This document shows, in pieces, positions 32,864 through 45,270 of a stretch of 64,000 nucleotides of DNA (positions are counted from its first letter, which is position 1; the number at the start of each line of letters is the position of its first letter). The DNA is from the human T2T-CHM13v2.0 reference genome, Homo sapiens. The notes under the pieces were generated by a model that saw nothing but the letters and a program-made list of their open reading frames with translations, did not search any database and was not told the origin of the DNA. The stretch lies in NCBI RefSeq assembly GCF_009914755.1, contig NC_060932.1; one strand, 5' to 3'. The position numbers and the translations under genes are program-made.

Positions 32864-33291
32864 CTAGAAATGCAAGAACTTAAGGGGAAAATGGTGAGAA
32901 GGCAGGAATGGATAAAGTGAGCAGAGCTCAGTAAGGAAGTAGAAAATATAACACTTTTAAATAAATGAAGTAAAAGTAGGAGAAAACAGATGAATAAACA
33001 CAGCAGGAAACATAAAATGGGCATGGAGAATAGAAACAAGAGAAGTGAATAAAACAAAAAACTTCTATTAATGTGTACATATGACAATGAAACGCAGATG
33101 ACATACAATATGTGTTGAATTATACTCCCAGGAGAAAAATAACACAAAATAATGGAATAGAACAAATGCTTAAGATATAATTTAAGAACACTTTCCTGAT
33201 ATAAAAGAAAACTTTACTCTGCAAATTGAACTGGCATAACTTGTCAGAGAAAGTGATCTAGAACATAAAGAAACATCTGCAAGATACTTAA

Positions 33292-33805
33292 TACTTTTCC
33301 CATATGCCCCTAGAATACTCGCCTGCAGCGCTTGCAGCTGCAGCATTTACCCTGAGATAACTTTGCCACAAAATGTCTCATTTTTATTACTATTTTCACT
33401 TCACTCTAATATATCAACTTTGGAAACAAAAGACATAATTCTATTTAAAGTATTCTGGTTTTAGTAGTGGTATTTCCATTTACGAAATATAGTAATTCTC
33501 GATTGCTGAAAATGTCAAATCCTAGAAGATGGTAGTATTCCTACTCATGATGCTAACATCATTCTCCAATAGTTGTTGGCCAAAGATTCATTGAGGAATC
33601 TGATTTTTCCAAAATAAACCATTCTGATGATTCAGATGATACTGATGTTAGCTCTGTTTAGAAATAATTCCAAGAACAGTTTTAATATTTAATTTCCACA
33701 TTGAGAAACAGTCAAATTTGCTTCAACTTCAAAGAGTGTGTTTATATAAAATTAAATGAGCACTGGCAGCAAGCTGCACTTTTTTTTTCCTAAATAAGGA
33801 AAGAG
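33292..33805 (+). mobile_element. MER75 non-autonomous piggyBac element, full length (514 bp)
   Basis: TTAA at 33288-33291 and 33806-33809; decayed TIRs (tacttttccc / ggaaagag); body matches recalled MER75 (agaatactcgcc..., gagataactttgccac..., ATGTCAAATCCTAGA at 33512). Confidence 0.93.
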
Positions 33806-33943
33806 TTAAACAGAAATAGAGAGTAGTAAGAATTTCATAAAAGGTCAACTTTATTTCAAGTCTAGAGGCTACAGTAGACAGTTTTGAGCATTCAAGTACT
33901 CAGGAAATACTGTTCCCAAAAACCTTTAATAAATGACTACTGT

Positions 33944-34226
33944 GGGCGAGAGCAGTGGCTCACACCTGTAATCCCAGCACTTTGGGAGGCAGAAGTGGGT
34001 AGATCACTTGAGGTCAGGAGTTTGAGACCAGGCTGGCCAATGTGGTCAAACCCTGTCTCTACTAAAAATACAAAAATCAACTGGGTGTGGTGCCATGTGC
34101 CTATAATACCAGTTACTGGGGAGACTGAGGCAGGAGAATCACTTGAACCTGGGAGGGAGAGGTTGCAGTGAGGCAAAATCACACCATGCATTCCAGCCTG
34201 GGCGTCAGAGTGAGACTCTGTCTCAA

Positions 34227-34255
<29 letters not shown>
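33944..34255 (+). mobile_element. AluSx/Sz with an (AAT)n tail
   Basis: Full dimer; gatcacttgaggtcaggagtttgagacc. Confidence 0.95.
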
Positions 34256-34257
<2 letters not shown>

Positions 34258-34679
34258 GAATAAAAAGACTGCTAGAGGAAGAACTTCAGCCAACTAATGG
34301 TTAAGTAAACTGTGTCAGAAAGACTTGGGGTACACATTAGCCATATATGATAGTAAAACTAACACTAAGAAAAGCCAGAATATTTGAGTGGCAAAATATA
34401 ATAGATATTTTATGCCTTGACATTATAAAATAATAAAATAAAATTAAGGAGAGAGAGTTGGAAATGGAAAGAATATGTATGCTAATTGCTTCATCTGTAA
34501 TAGCGGGGATTCAAGAATCTTATAAAAAAGTAAGATAATTGAAATAATATTTAGTATCTTAAGGAATCTAAAATGCATATTGTAATAATGGTGAACTAAA
34601 TGATTATAGAACAAGTTTACTGTGAGAACTAGAAACACTTTAAAAAGAGGTTAAGAAAACAAACAAAACTTTTTTAAGG

Positions 34680-37600
34680 CAGCAAGGACTTGAGTAGCCA
34701 AGATCCAGAAAAAATGAGAATCACTCAAAAGTTGGCTGATATTATTTTTTTCTGTTAAAAAATTTGCTGACTGAATAGAGAGGAGGCAGATAACAAAATG
34801 TTAAAGTGACAATTGAGAGGGAAAAAGCTAATCTGAGCTACTGACAGCTTTACAGATTTAGTGTACAAATATTGAATCTTAGAGTTTAAAGCTTGCTTAG
34901 AAGAAAAAATATTGGTGACCTTTCAGGACTTTAGCTGAACCCACCCCATCAAAGGGTTACACACTGGGAATAGGGATAAAAAAGATATGGACCACACCTT
35001 AAAGACACTGAAGCTGTGATTAGATAAAGATGAATGGCCTCTGATCTATCTGCCTATAAGCTGCAAAAATAAATCCTCTCTAGGGGAAAATAATAATATT
35101 CAGAGTCTCAAATTTTCTCTCTAATTCATCAAATATAATGGCAGGTACTCAATCAAGAATTATTTAACAAACCAGGAGATAGGACTATCTGACCAAATTC
35201 CAAGGAAAATTTCAGACAATGAAACAGGAGTTATGGAGACCTAGATGATGGAGTGATGAGACAGGATCTTACAATTAACTTTGGCTGTTATATTGATGAT
35301 ATTAGATGACAAGAAGTAGAAGTTTAGCAGAATACCTGAAATTTAAAATAATTAAAAGGAAATTATTAAACTGAAAAATGAAACAACCATTAAGAATCAT
35401 TTTGCTGGCAGATTAGACAAAGCTAGAGAGTGAATTCTTGAACTGGAAATTAGATAAGAAGAAAATATCCAGTCTAAGTTATAGGGAGGAAAAAGAATGG
35501 AAGTTAGAGAAAAAAGTTTAAAATACATATGAAATGTAGTTTAAAAGTATAGCATATATGTAACAGAAGTAGGAGGAGGAAAGTAGAGAGATAATCGTGC
35601 AGAAATAAAGAATTAAGGACAAAATGCCTTAGACTACTCCCAAGTAGATAAAAGATATCAGACCACAGACTCAAGAAATGTTATGCACCCAGGTAGAATA
35701 AATAGAATTGATCTATTCCAGTGTGTATCATAGTAGAAGTACTGAAAACAAAAAAGATCACAAATGACAGGGTTAATTGAGTAGGGAAAATAAAATAATA
35801 ATAAATTTTTGTGCATTAAATGGTAGACCTTTAAAATATATGAAGCTAAAATTAAGGAATTATATAAAATGGAAATAAACATCATGAAAAGTGTTGACAT
35901 ACATCAAAAAACAGCTGACGTACATCAAAAAACAAAAAAAGGAAGATGTATAGATTTTACATCTATACTTAGACATGAGATACTATTTGAGTCTAGCAAT
36001 TGCAGAGTATACATTTTTTCAAGTGTATAAGATATATTTGTCAAAATTGATATATGCTGGTTAATAAATGAAATGTCAACAAATGTCAATGAATTGAAAT
36101 TATGTGTACTATTTTCTCTAACCACAGTGGAATTAAGCTAGAAATTAATTTTTAAAACATAAGACTACAGATGTCTTCCCCTCCTATGAAGAAATAAGCA
36201 ATATCCTTCTATATAACTCATGAGTTCAAATCGGTATATAAATCATAATGAAAAGAAAAAATGCATTCAACCAAGTGCTAATGAAAATGAAACATCAAAA
36301 TTTGAGAACCCATCTCTCTAAGGTAGTTAATAGCCAAAAATGCATAGATTAGATAAAGAAAAAGCATGAAAATCAAATATTTAAGCATCCATTTCAATGC
36401 ATTTGTGTAAGAGGAGCTACTTCAATGTAAAGAAAGTGGAAGGAAAGAAACAGTAAACAGTAAAAATTAGCAAAATAGAAAATGAGTTCACACTTATTTT
36501 TTCACATATTAAAGACTTTTGAAAAGCGTTTTGATGTCTTTTCAAATGCTTCATACATTGAATATGAAGTTTAATTTCATATATTGAAAGTCTTTCCAAA
36601 CTGTCATCATTCTGTCAAGACTACACCCCTGCTCCATCCCTGCCACAAAAAAGAGAGAAAAGAGAGAAAGAAAGAAGGTACACATTGTTGATATCTGGAA
36701 TGAGAAAAGCAACATAGCTAAAGATCTTAAATATATTAAAACTTTAAAAAGAACACACTGTATTCTTACATATACCTAAAATGCTAGAACAGGAAAAATT
36801 AGTATATGGAAAAGAAGAAAATCAAAACAAGAATTGGCTCTAGGGAAACTGTAAAGGTGATTTACTGAGAAGAGGTATGATAAGACATTCTGGGATGATG
36901 ACAATGTTGTGTATCTTGATAATGGTTTGGTTTGCAAAGTTGGAAACTCACCAGATGGAACACCTAAGATATGTGCATTTTATTGTACGTAAATTTTATC
37001 CCAAAAGGAAAAAAGTAAAAACAAATATTGAACACAAGTTAACATATGCATTCTGAAGTATTTGTCGGAAATTGCACTGACTTTTGCAACCTACTTTAAA
37101 AAGCATTAAAAAAGATGAATTGAAGAATGAAAAAATGAGTAGATGGATAAATAAATAACAAATTATAGTAAATACACCTTGTAGAATTTAGGTAGTGTGT
37201 ATCTGGGTGTTCACTGTAAAATTTTTTGACTTTTGTATGTTTCTGAAATATAAATTGTAGAATCTAGGTAGTGTGTATCCGGGTGTTCACTGTAAATTTT
37301 TTTTAACTTCTGTATGTTTCTGAATTTTTTTGCATGCAGAAAAGAATAGAACATAATGAACAAGTTTATCTCAATAATTTGAAATTTTAATAAAATAACT
37401 ACATTTCTAGCAAAAACACAACTTACCAAATCAAACACAAGAGGAAATAAAAAACCTGTTTAACTTTCTATCCAAAAAAATTGATTTTATATTTACAGAT
37501 CTTCCTGCAGAGAAAATTCCAAGTTGGAGTCCAGAAACAGACTCATATTTAACAACACTTGATTTTTTTCAAAAGTGACACTACAGAGCAGTAGTGAAAA

Positions 37601-38000
37601 AGGGAAAAAATCTTTTTTTCAACAAATAGTTTAATGGAAACAGCCATAGTAAAATTGATATATATAACGTAAGAAACTAAGCTAACCCATACCTCACTCC
37701 AGACAAAAAATTCAATTCCAGGGGGACTGCAGAACTAAATGTGAACGGTAAAACAATAAAGTTTCTAAATTATGACATGGAAAAAGTTTTCATAACCTTG
37801 TGGTAGAGAAGAACTTTTTACACAGTACATTAAAGCATTCTTCATAATTGAAAAAAGTATCAGATAGGAGCAAATTAACATAAGAAACTTCTGTTTATCA
37901 AAATGTATCCTTCAGAAGATACAAATCCATGCCACAGAGAGGGTCATGCTGGTTGGCTGACTTTCAGACCAAGACAATAAAGCAAAGTTACTGAATCCTT
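34680..38000 (+). mobile_element. Mosaic of old L1M fragments (ORF1/ORF2 plus an L1ME2-like 3' end at ~36760-37325)
   Basis: ORF1-like gcagattagacaaagc...gaactggaa; EN-like ccacagtggaattaagctagaaat; 3' ttctgggatgatgacaatgttgtgtatcttgat. Confidence 0.7.
37179..37324. repeat. Tandem duplication, two copies, period 76 bp
   Basis: ttgtagaatYtaggtagtgtgtatcYgggtgttcactgtaaa...tgtatgtttctgaa starts at 37179 and 37255. Confidence 0.95.
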
Positions 38001-38029
38001 CAGTGTTTGGGGATTGACTAATTAATGCT

Positions 38030-38620
38030 GGTTGTGAATTAGTTCAACCATTGTGGAAGACAACGTGGTGATTCCTCAATGATCTAGAACCAGAAATACC
38101 ATTTGACCCAGCAATCCCATTCCTGGGTATATACCCAAAGTATTACAAGTCATTCTACTTTAAAGACATATGCACATGTATGTTTATTGCAGCACTATTT
38201 ACAATAGCAAAGACTTAGAACCAACCTAAATTATAGAAAGGATAAAGAAAATGTGACACATATACACCATGGAATACTATGCAACCATTAAAAAAATGAG
38301 ATCATGTCCTTTGCAGGGACATGGATGAAGCTGGAAATCATCATTCTCAGCAAACTAACACAGGAACAGAAAATCAAACACCACATGCTCTCATTCATAA
38401 GTGGGAGTTGAACAATGAGAACACATGAACACAGGGAAGAGAACATCACACACCGGGGCCTGTTGTGGGTAGAAAGGGACATTGGGTCAAATAACTAATG
38501 CATGCACGGATTAAAACCTAGATTATGGGTTTATAGGTGCAGCAAACCACCATGGCACAAGTATTCCTACATAACAGACCTGCACATTCTGCACATATAT
38601 CCTGGAACTTAAAGTAAAAT
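38030..38620 (+). mobile_element. 5'-truncated L1PA8-10-type 3' end
   Basis: ttagttcaaccattgtggaagac...ctagaaccagaaataccatttgacccagc...ggaacttaaagtaaaat. Confidence 0.9.
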
Positions 38621-38623
38621 ACA

Positions 38624-38658
<35 letters not shown>

Positions 38659-38668
38659 TCAGATATAA

Positions 38669-39030
38669 GCATGGAATACTACACAGCCATAAAAAAGAAT
38701 GAAATCATGCCCTTTTCAGCAACATGGATGCAGCTGGAAAACATTATCCTAAGTAAATTAACACAAAAGCAGAAAACCAAATACTACATGTTATCACTTA
38801 CAAGTGGGAGCTAAACATTGAGGGCACATGGTCATAAATGGGAACAATAGGTATGGGGGAATATAAGAGAGGGTAATGGTTGAAAAAACTACCAACTGAG
38901 GACTATGTTCACTACCTAGGTGATGAATTCATTCATACTCCAAACCTCAGCATCACACAATATACCCTAATTACAAACCTACACATGCATCCCCTAATTC
39001 TAAAATAAAAGTTGAAAAAAGAAAAAAAAA
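38669..39030 (+). mobile_element. L1PA16/17-type 3' end
   Basis: ggatgcagctgga...gggagctaaacattgag...ccaaacctcagcatcacacaatatacc...aaaataaaagttg plus A tail. Confidence 0.88.
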
Positions 39031-39099
39031 CAGCTCTAAGATTGCTTGTTTAGAGTTCGGAACCAGGACTAAGGAATAGTCCATCTTTTCCTCTTTTGA

Positions 39100-40290
39100 A
39101 CATGATAAGTTATCAAGGAAATGTAAATTTAAGTCAATTTCCACCAAATGAAAAAAGTTAAAGACTGACATAACTAGTGTTGGCAAGGGTATATGGCAGC
39201 CCCATCTCTGAGATACTTCCAGTGAGAGTATAAGTTGGTACGGCAACTTGGGAAGACTTTTGACAGTCAAAGGTGAACATATGCACATCTATGGTTCAAC
39301 AATTGTTTTACCTTACTGCCTGCAGGGAGTTTCCAGACTAAGGTGCAGGGAAGGGAAACCCAGGACGATTCTGACCATTGAGACAAAGCTGGAAGTATAA
39401 CACAAAATCCTGAAGTAATCATAAACAAATTATTAGTGTTAAAGATATCAAATATGTCATTTTATAAAAGCTTTGTGGAGCAAAAATCTCTTAAGTGAAT
39501 CTAAAAGACAACCGACAAAAGGGGAAAATATATTTGAAACATGGAACACACACAGAGAATGAATCACTGTAATGTGTAAAGATTCCTTAACAATTTTTGG
39601 CTGTTGGGCCAGCAAAATATCACATATTTGAACACAACAGAATGGGTGAAGCTATGGGGAAATTTGTTTCCCTACATTTGAATGGGAGTGTTTATGATAT
39701 AAGATCTATGAAGAGAAAATTGACGTTGTCTCTCAAGTTACAAAAGTATATACCTTCAATTTTACAATTCCTCTTCCCAGAATGCATTCAACACATAGAA
39801 ATAGTGGTAAGACAAGGTTATTCTTGGTGGTGTTGTTTGTAAAAGAAAAAGATTGAAAAGGACTCAACTGTTAATCTACAGGTGAATGATTAGATAAATA
39901 AAAGTACAGTCATAAGATACGATGCTAGTCAGATTAAAAAATAAAAAGAACAAGGGATCTCATTGTGGATTGGTAGCAAAGAATCTCCAGTATATATTGT
40001 TCAGTTAAAAACTTAATTGCAGAATAGTACACATAGTGTGATGTCGTTTGTGTAAAGCATGAGAGGGGAAGAAATATTAATGTTGACTTTTATATGCACA
40101 AAATTTATCAGAAAAGATGGAGAAAAATGAATAAAATGGAAGAGAAAAAACAAAACAGATAGGGGTGGGAAGGAGAAACATCATTGTGTTCCTTTTCATC
40201 TTTTTTTGATATTCAAACTATGTGACTCCATTATCTATACATCTTGTATATGTATATATACATTATCTATACCTATATAAAAAATAAAAC
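39100..40290 (+). mobile_element. L1ME-type ORF2 end and 3'UTR remnants
   Basis: tagtgttggcaaggg...gtgagagtataagttggtac; ctccagtatatattgttcagttaaaa...gcagaatagtac. Confidence 0.65.
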
Positions 40291-41600
40291 CATTTCAAAA
40301 GACATTACAAGGAGAGCAATGAATGTCTGTATACAAAAAAGAGAGAAAATATTTTTAGGTAATCAGATGCACTCTCCCAATAAGACTGTCTGGAAAGGAT
40401 AATAAATGAATATTTCTACCTCATTATCATATTAGATTTCTGTACAATCTAGTGTATGAAACAACAAAAGTGCATTAAGAAGCACTCAAAGAACAAACTC
40501 ATTATTGTCAGATGTAAAATGCTAGTGGTTGGCAAAAACAAAGGCAGAGAAACACGGATGTAAGAGAACATTGAATTTTTGGGTATTTCTGGGACATATG
40601 AAGAGTGGCAACACAGATCTGGAAGAGCGGTTGAAGCCAGGTCACAGAGGACTTTAACTGTAAAACTTGGTGTGAACTGCATTGTTTTCCATGGAACTAT
40701 AGTCAGTTCATGTGACATATTCCAGAACAAATTTAAATGAGTCCACCTCAATCTGTCATTAGTTTTACATAAATGCAGTTTACATCCTTCTGATAAATGC
40801 CCGAAGATATTATAAAATAGCTGCTTAGAAAATACTGTGCTTTGAATACACTTTCTGCTATTTTTCAAGAAAACAGCTCAAAAGTAAACCCCCAGGAAGC
40901 GTTGTCTGACTGAACTATTTTGCAGCTATCTTGGTGAAAAGTCCAGGACATGAGCAAGCTTGAGAAACTGATATAAGCAATAGTCAATGTTCTTCCCCGG
41001 TACTGTATTTCCAGATGTTGAATGATAATGATTGGATAAATAAATAAGCCTTTTCATGTGCAGAAGGTCAACATAGAGCATTCATCTTTGTTGTTGTTTT
41101 TTGTTTCATTACTGTAGAGAAGAGTGTTGAAATGTCTTCTTTCTTTTACAGATGAAGAAGTGAAGCTGGTGAGAAAATCAGCAGTGCCTTCTCAGGCTTG
41201 CCTATATATCACTGTAAGTGTCCCGTTGTTTATGTCATTTGGATACTGCCAGCCATAAGGAATGGCTAACTAACGTAGTGGCTAACCAGTGTGAGAAGTG
41301 CCTCGGGAAAGCAGTGTAATTGTGGAGAAAAGGCCACGCAATCAAAGGCAGGGATGATGTCCTGCCACGTAGGAGGTTAATGAGTAAAGGGGAGGAGACA
41401 GAGGGCCCCCAAAAGGAATCAGTCCTTCCAGCTCCTGCCCATGGGCCAGCCACAGCTGGGATGCTCACCACCTCTACACCTGGGAGGGCAGGGAGGCAGG
41501 AACATGGCAATTGGTAATATTTCAAGACGCTAAATCTGAAGCAAAATTCACATGCTGACTTGATACTGCACATACATGTGAGGTTTCTCAAGAAAGTAAG

Positions 41601-41902
41601 GGTCAGGCATGGTGGTGGCTCTTGCCTCTAATCCCAGTGCTTCAGGGGGCCAAGATTGGGAGAATCACTAGAGGTCAAGAGTTAGAGACCAGCCTAGGTA
41701 ACATAGCAAAACCCCATTTTCACATTTTTTTTTAATTAGTCAGGCATAGTGGCAAGCACCTGCAGTCCCAGCTATTCAGGAGACTGAGATGGAAGGATTG
41801 CCAGAGCTCAGGAGTTTGAGGCTGCAGTGAGCTATGATCCACCACTGCACTCCAGCCTGGGCAACAGAATGAAACCTTGTGTCTAAAACAAAATGTAAAA
41901 AA
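41601..41902 (+). mobile_element. AluJ
   Basis: aggagtttgaggctgcagtgagctatgat diagnostic; diverged dimer. Confidence 0.93.
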
Positions 41903-42018
41903 TATATTTGACAGATGTTGGTGACCTTCTAGGTGCTAGGTTCTATGTTGAGGGATCTCAAAGGCTGAGACCACATTTTCTTAATGTCATATACTTGCTC
42001 ACCATTCTCAGACCTCCC

Positions 42019-44256
42019 TGATATGGTTTGGCTCTGTGTCCACACCCAAATCTCACCTCACATTGTAATTCCCATAATCCCCACGTGTCAAGGATGGACC
42101 AGGTAGAGGAAATTGGATCATGGGGCAGTTCTCCATGCTGTTCTTGTGATAGTGAGTAAGTTCTCACAAGATCTGATGGTTTTATATGCTCCTGGCTTTT
42201 TCCCTGCTTGCAATCACTCTGTCCTGCTGCCCTGTGAAGAAAGTGCCTGCTTTTCTTTTGCCTTCTGCCGTGATTGTAAGTTTCCTGAGGCCTCCGAGCA
42301 ATGCAGAACTGTGAGTCAATTAAAGATCTTTCCTTTACAAATTACCCAGTCTCAGACTAATACAACAAATTGGTACCTCAGAGAGTGGGGTGCTGCTATA
42401 AGGATACCCGAAATTGTGGAAGCATCTTTGGAACTGGGTAACAGGCAGAGGTTGGAATAGTTTGGAGGGCTCAGAAGAACACAGGAAGATGTGGGAAAGT
42501 TTGGAACATCCTAGAGACTTGTTGAATAGTTTTGACCAAAATGCTAATAGTGATATGGACAATGAAGTCCAGGCTGAGGTGGTCTCAGATAGAGATGAGG
42601 AACTTTTTAGTAACTAGAATAAAAGTGACTCATGCTATGCTTTAGCAAAGAGACTGGCAGCATTTTGCCCCAACCCTGGAGATCTGTGGAACTTTGAACT
42701 TGAGAGAGATGATTTAGGGTATCTGGTGGAAGAAATTTCTAAACAGCAAAGTGTTCAAGAGGTGGCAGAGCATAAGAGTTTGGAAAATTTGCAGCATGAT
42801 GATGCAGTAGTAAAGAAAAACCCATTTTGGGGGGAAGAAATTCAAGCCAGCTGCAGAAATTTGCATAAGTAACAAGGAATCAAGACAATGGGGAAAATGT
42901 CTCCAGGGATGTCAGAGACATTCGTGGCAGCCCCTCCCATCACAGGACTGGTATCCTAGAAGGAAAAAATGGTTCCATGGGCTGGGCCCAGGGCCTTGCT
43001 GCTTTGTGAAACCTTAGGACTTGGTGCCCTGCATCCCAGCCATGGTAAAAGGGGATAACACACAGATCAAGCCATTGCTCCAGAGGGTGCAAGCCCCAAG
43101 CCTTGGCAGCTTACACATGGTGTTGGGCCTATGGGTGCACAGAAATTAAGAATTGAGGTTTGAGAACCTCCACCTAGACTTCAGAGGATGTATAGAAACA
43201 CCTGGATGTCCAGGCAGAAGTTTGCTGCATGGGTGGAGCCCACATGGGTAACCTCTGTTAGGGTGGTATGGAAGGGAAATGACGGGTCAGAGCCCCCACA
43301 CAGAGTTTCCACTGCGTCACTGCCTAGTGGAGCTGTGAGAAGAGGGGCACCATCCTCCAGGCCCCAGAATTGTAGATCCACTGACCATTTGCACCTGCAC
43401 CTGGAAAAGCCACAGGCACTAAATGCCAGCCTATGAAAGCATCTGGGAGGGGGGCTGTACCTTGCAAAGCCACAGAGGCAGAGCTGCCCAAGGCCATGAG
43501 AGCCCACCTCTTGCATCAGCATAACCGGGATGTGAGACATGGAGTCAAAGGAGAGCATTTTGGAACTTTAAGGTTTAATGACTGCCCTAATAGATTTTGA
43601 GTTTGCATGGGGCCTATAGCCCTTTTGTTTTGGCCAATTTCTCCCATTTGGAATGGGAGCATTTATCCAATGCCTGTACCCCCATTGTATCTAGGAAGTA
43701 ACAAACTTGTTTTTGATTTTACAGGCTTATAGGTGGAAAGGACTTGCCTTGTCTCAGATGAGACTTTGGACTGTGGACTTTGAGTTAATGCTGAAATGAG
43801 TTAAGACTTTGGGGCACTGTTGGGAAGGCATAATCGGTTTTGAAATGTGAAGAAATGAGATTTGGGAGGGGCCAGAAGTGGAATGATATGGTTTGGCTTT
43901 GTGTCCCCACCCAAATCTCATCTTGAATTATAGTAATCCCCATGTGTCATAGGAGGGACCTGTTGGGAGGTAATTGGATCTTGGAGTGGTTTCTCCCATC
44001 CTGTTCTCATGACAGTGAGTTAGTTCTCATGAGATCTGATGGTTTTATAAGCATCTGGCATTTCCCCTGCTTGTACTCACTCTATCCTGCCACCTTGTGA
44101 AGAAGGCACCTGCTTCTCCTTTGCCTTCCACCATGATTGCAAGTTTCCTGAGGCCTCCCCAGAGATGTGGAACTGTGAGTAAATTAAACCTCTTTCCTTT
44201 ATAAATTACCCAGTCTTAGGTATTTCTTCACATCAGTGTGAGAATGGACTAATACA
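42019..44256 (+). mobile_element. THE1C/THE1D MaLR provirus, complete: 5'LTR 42019-42364, internal 42365-43883, 3'LTR 43884-44256
   Basis: Both LTRs run TGATATGGTTTGG...ACTAATACA; purine tract before the 3'LTR; TSD CTCCC at 42014-42018 and 44257-44261; gag-like remnant (KMWESLEHPRDLLNSFDQNANSDMDNEVQAEVVSD). Confidence 0.96.
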
Positions 44257-45049
44257 CTCCCCAAAACACATGCACATGCACAAATCCTGTGCTGACCACC
44301 TCGAAGTATCTGGAGCCCCTGCTCTCTTTTCACTAGACCCTCTGCACATTAAAAAATTCAAATCGACATACTGTGACTAAAGTACATATAAACGTAGAAC
44401 AAAGAAATTAATAAAAATCATTTTAATAAACAACATATTAACAGTTATACAACTTAACAAACATATTTCTTCTCTTATTTCTAAATTCTGTAGGGAACCC
44501 AGTAACCGCATCAGTGATAGAGTGGGAAGCTCCTTTCAGAGGCCTTGGACTTGCTGAGTCACTGTGTTATACTCCAAGCAGCACACTCAACTCTTTGCTG
44601 ATGGAGGGGTTTATTCTCAAGAAGCATGTACCTCATGCTGTCTCCTGTTGCCCCCACCTCTCAGTTATGACTTTTTGTCCCAAATTGAAACCAGGAGAGA
44701 TCTCCCTTCTTTATTATCTGAAAGGGCAAAATTTGTATCTCTCAGGAAGAAGCCAACTTAGCAAGCTCTAATAGCCTGGTGAGAGAGAGGACGCAGGGAA
44801 AGGCTGAATGTATTTGAATGGTGCTGATTCATGTAGGTCCTTGGAAAATATGAAAAATTTCCATTTCCTAGGATATGTTTGCCCTCACTACTCACTATTA
44901 TATATTCACTATTGGGAATATCCAGACACCTTAAAAGGTGTCAAGACCTGACAGAGATCAGGTGGCTTTGTTGTGGGATTTTATGATATCTTTATTTATT
45001 TATTTATGCCTCTTTGTAGTAGATGTATTAGATGATTATTACATTTATT

Positions 45050-45270
45050 ATGAGATATTAGTAATCAGACACTATGCAAAATGCTTCACATACATTACTT
45101 CATCTAGGATTCTGTCCACTCTGTGAGCTGCAACTATCATTATCCTCATTTTTCAGATGGAAAAAGTCAAGTATCTTGCCTAATGCCACACAGCGAGTAA
45201 GCATGAAACCTGGGATTCAAATCCAGGTAATCAGGCACCAGAATCCACCATATAACCACACATAGGCTGC
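45050..45270 (-). mobile_element. MIR
   Basis: atcattatcctcatttttcagatgg...cttgcctaatgccacacagc...gggattcaaatccagg. Confidence 0.85.

Noticed and set aside
36511-36595. tRNA gene or NUMT tRNA
   Set aside because: No TΨC (GTTC) or D-loop motifs, wrong stem lengths, and no U33.
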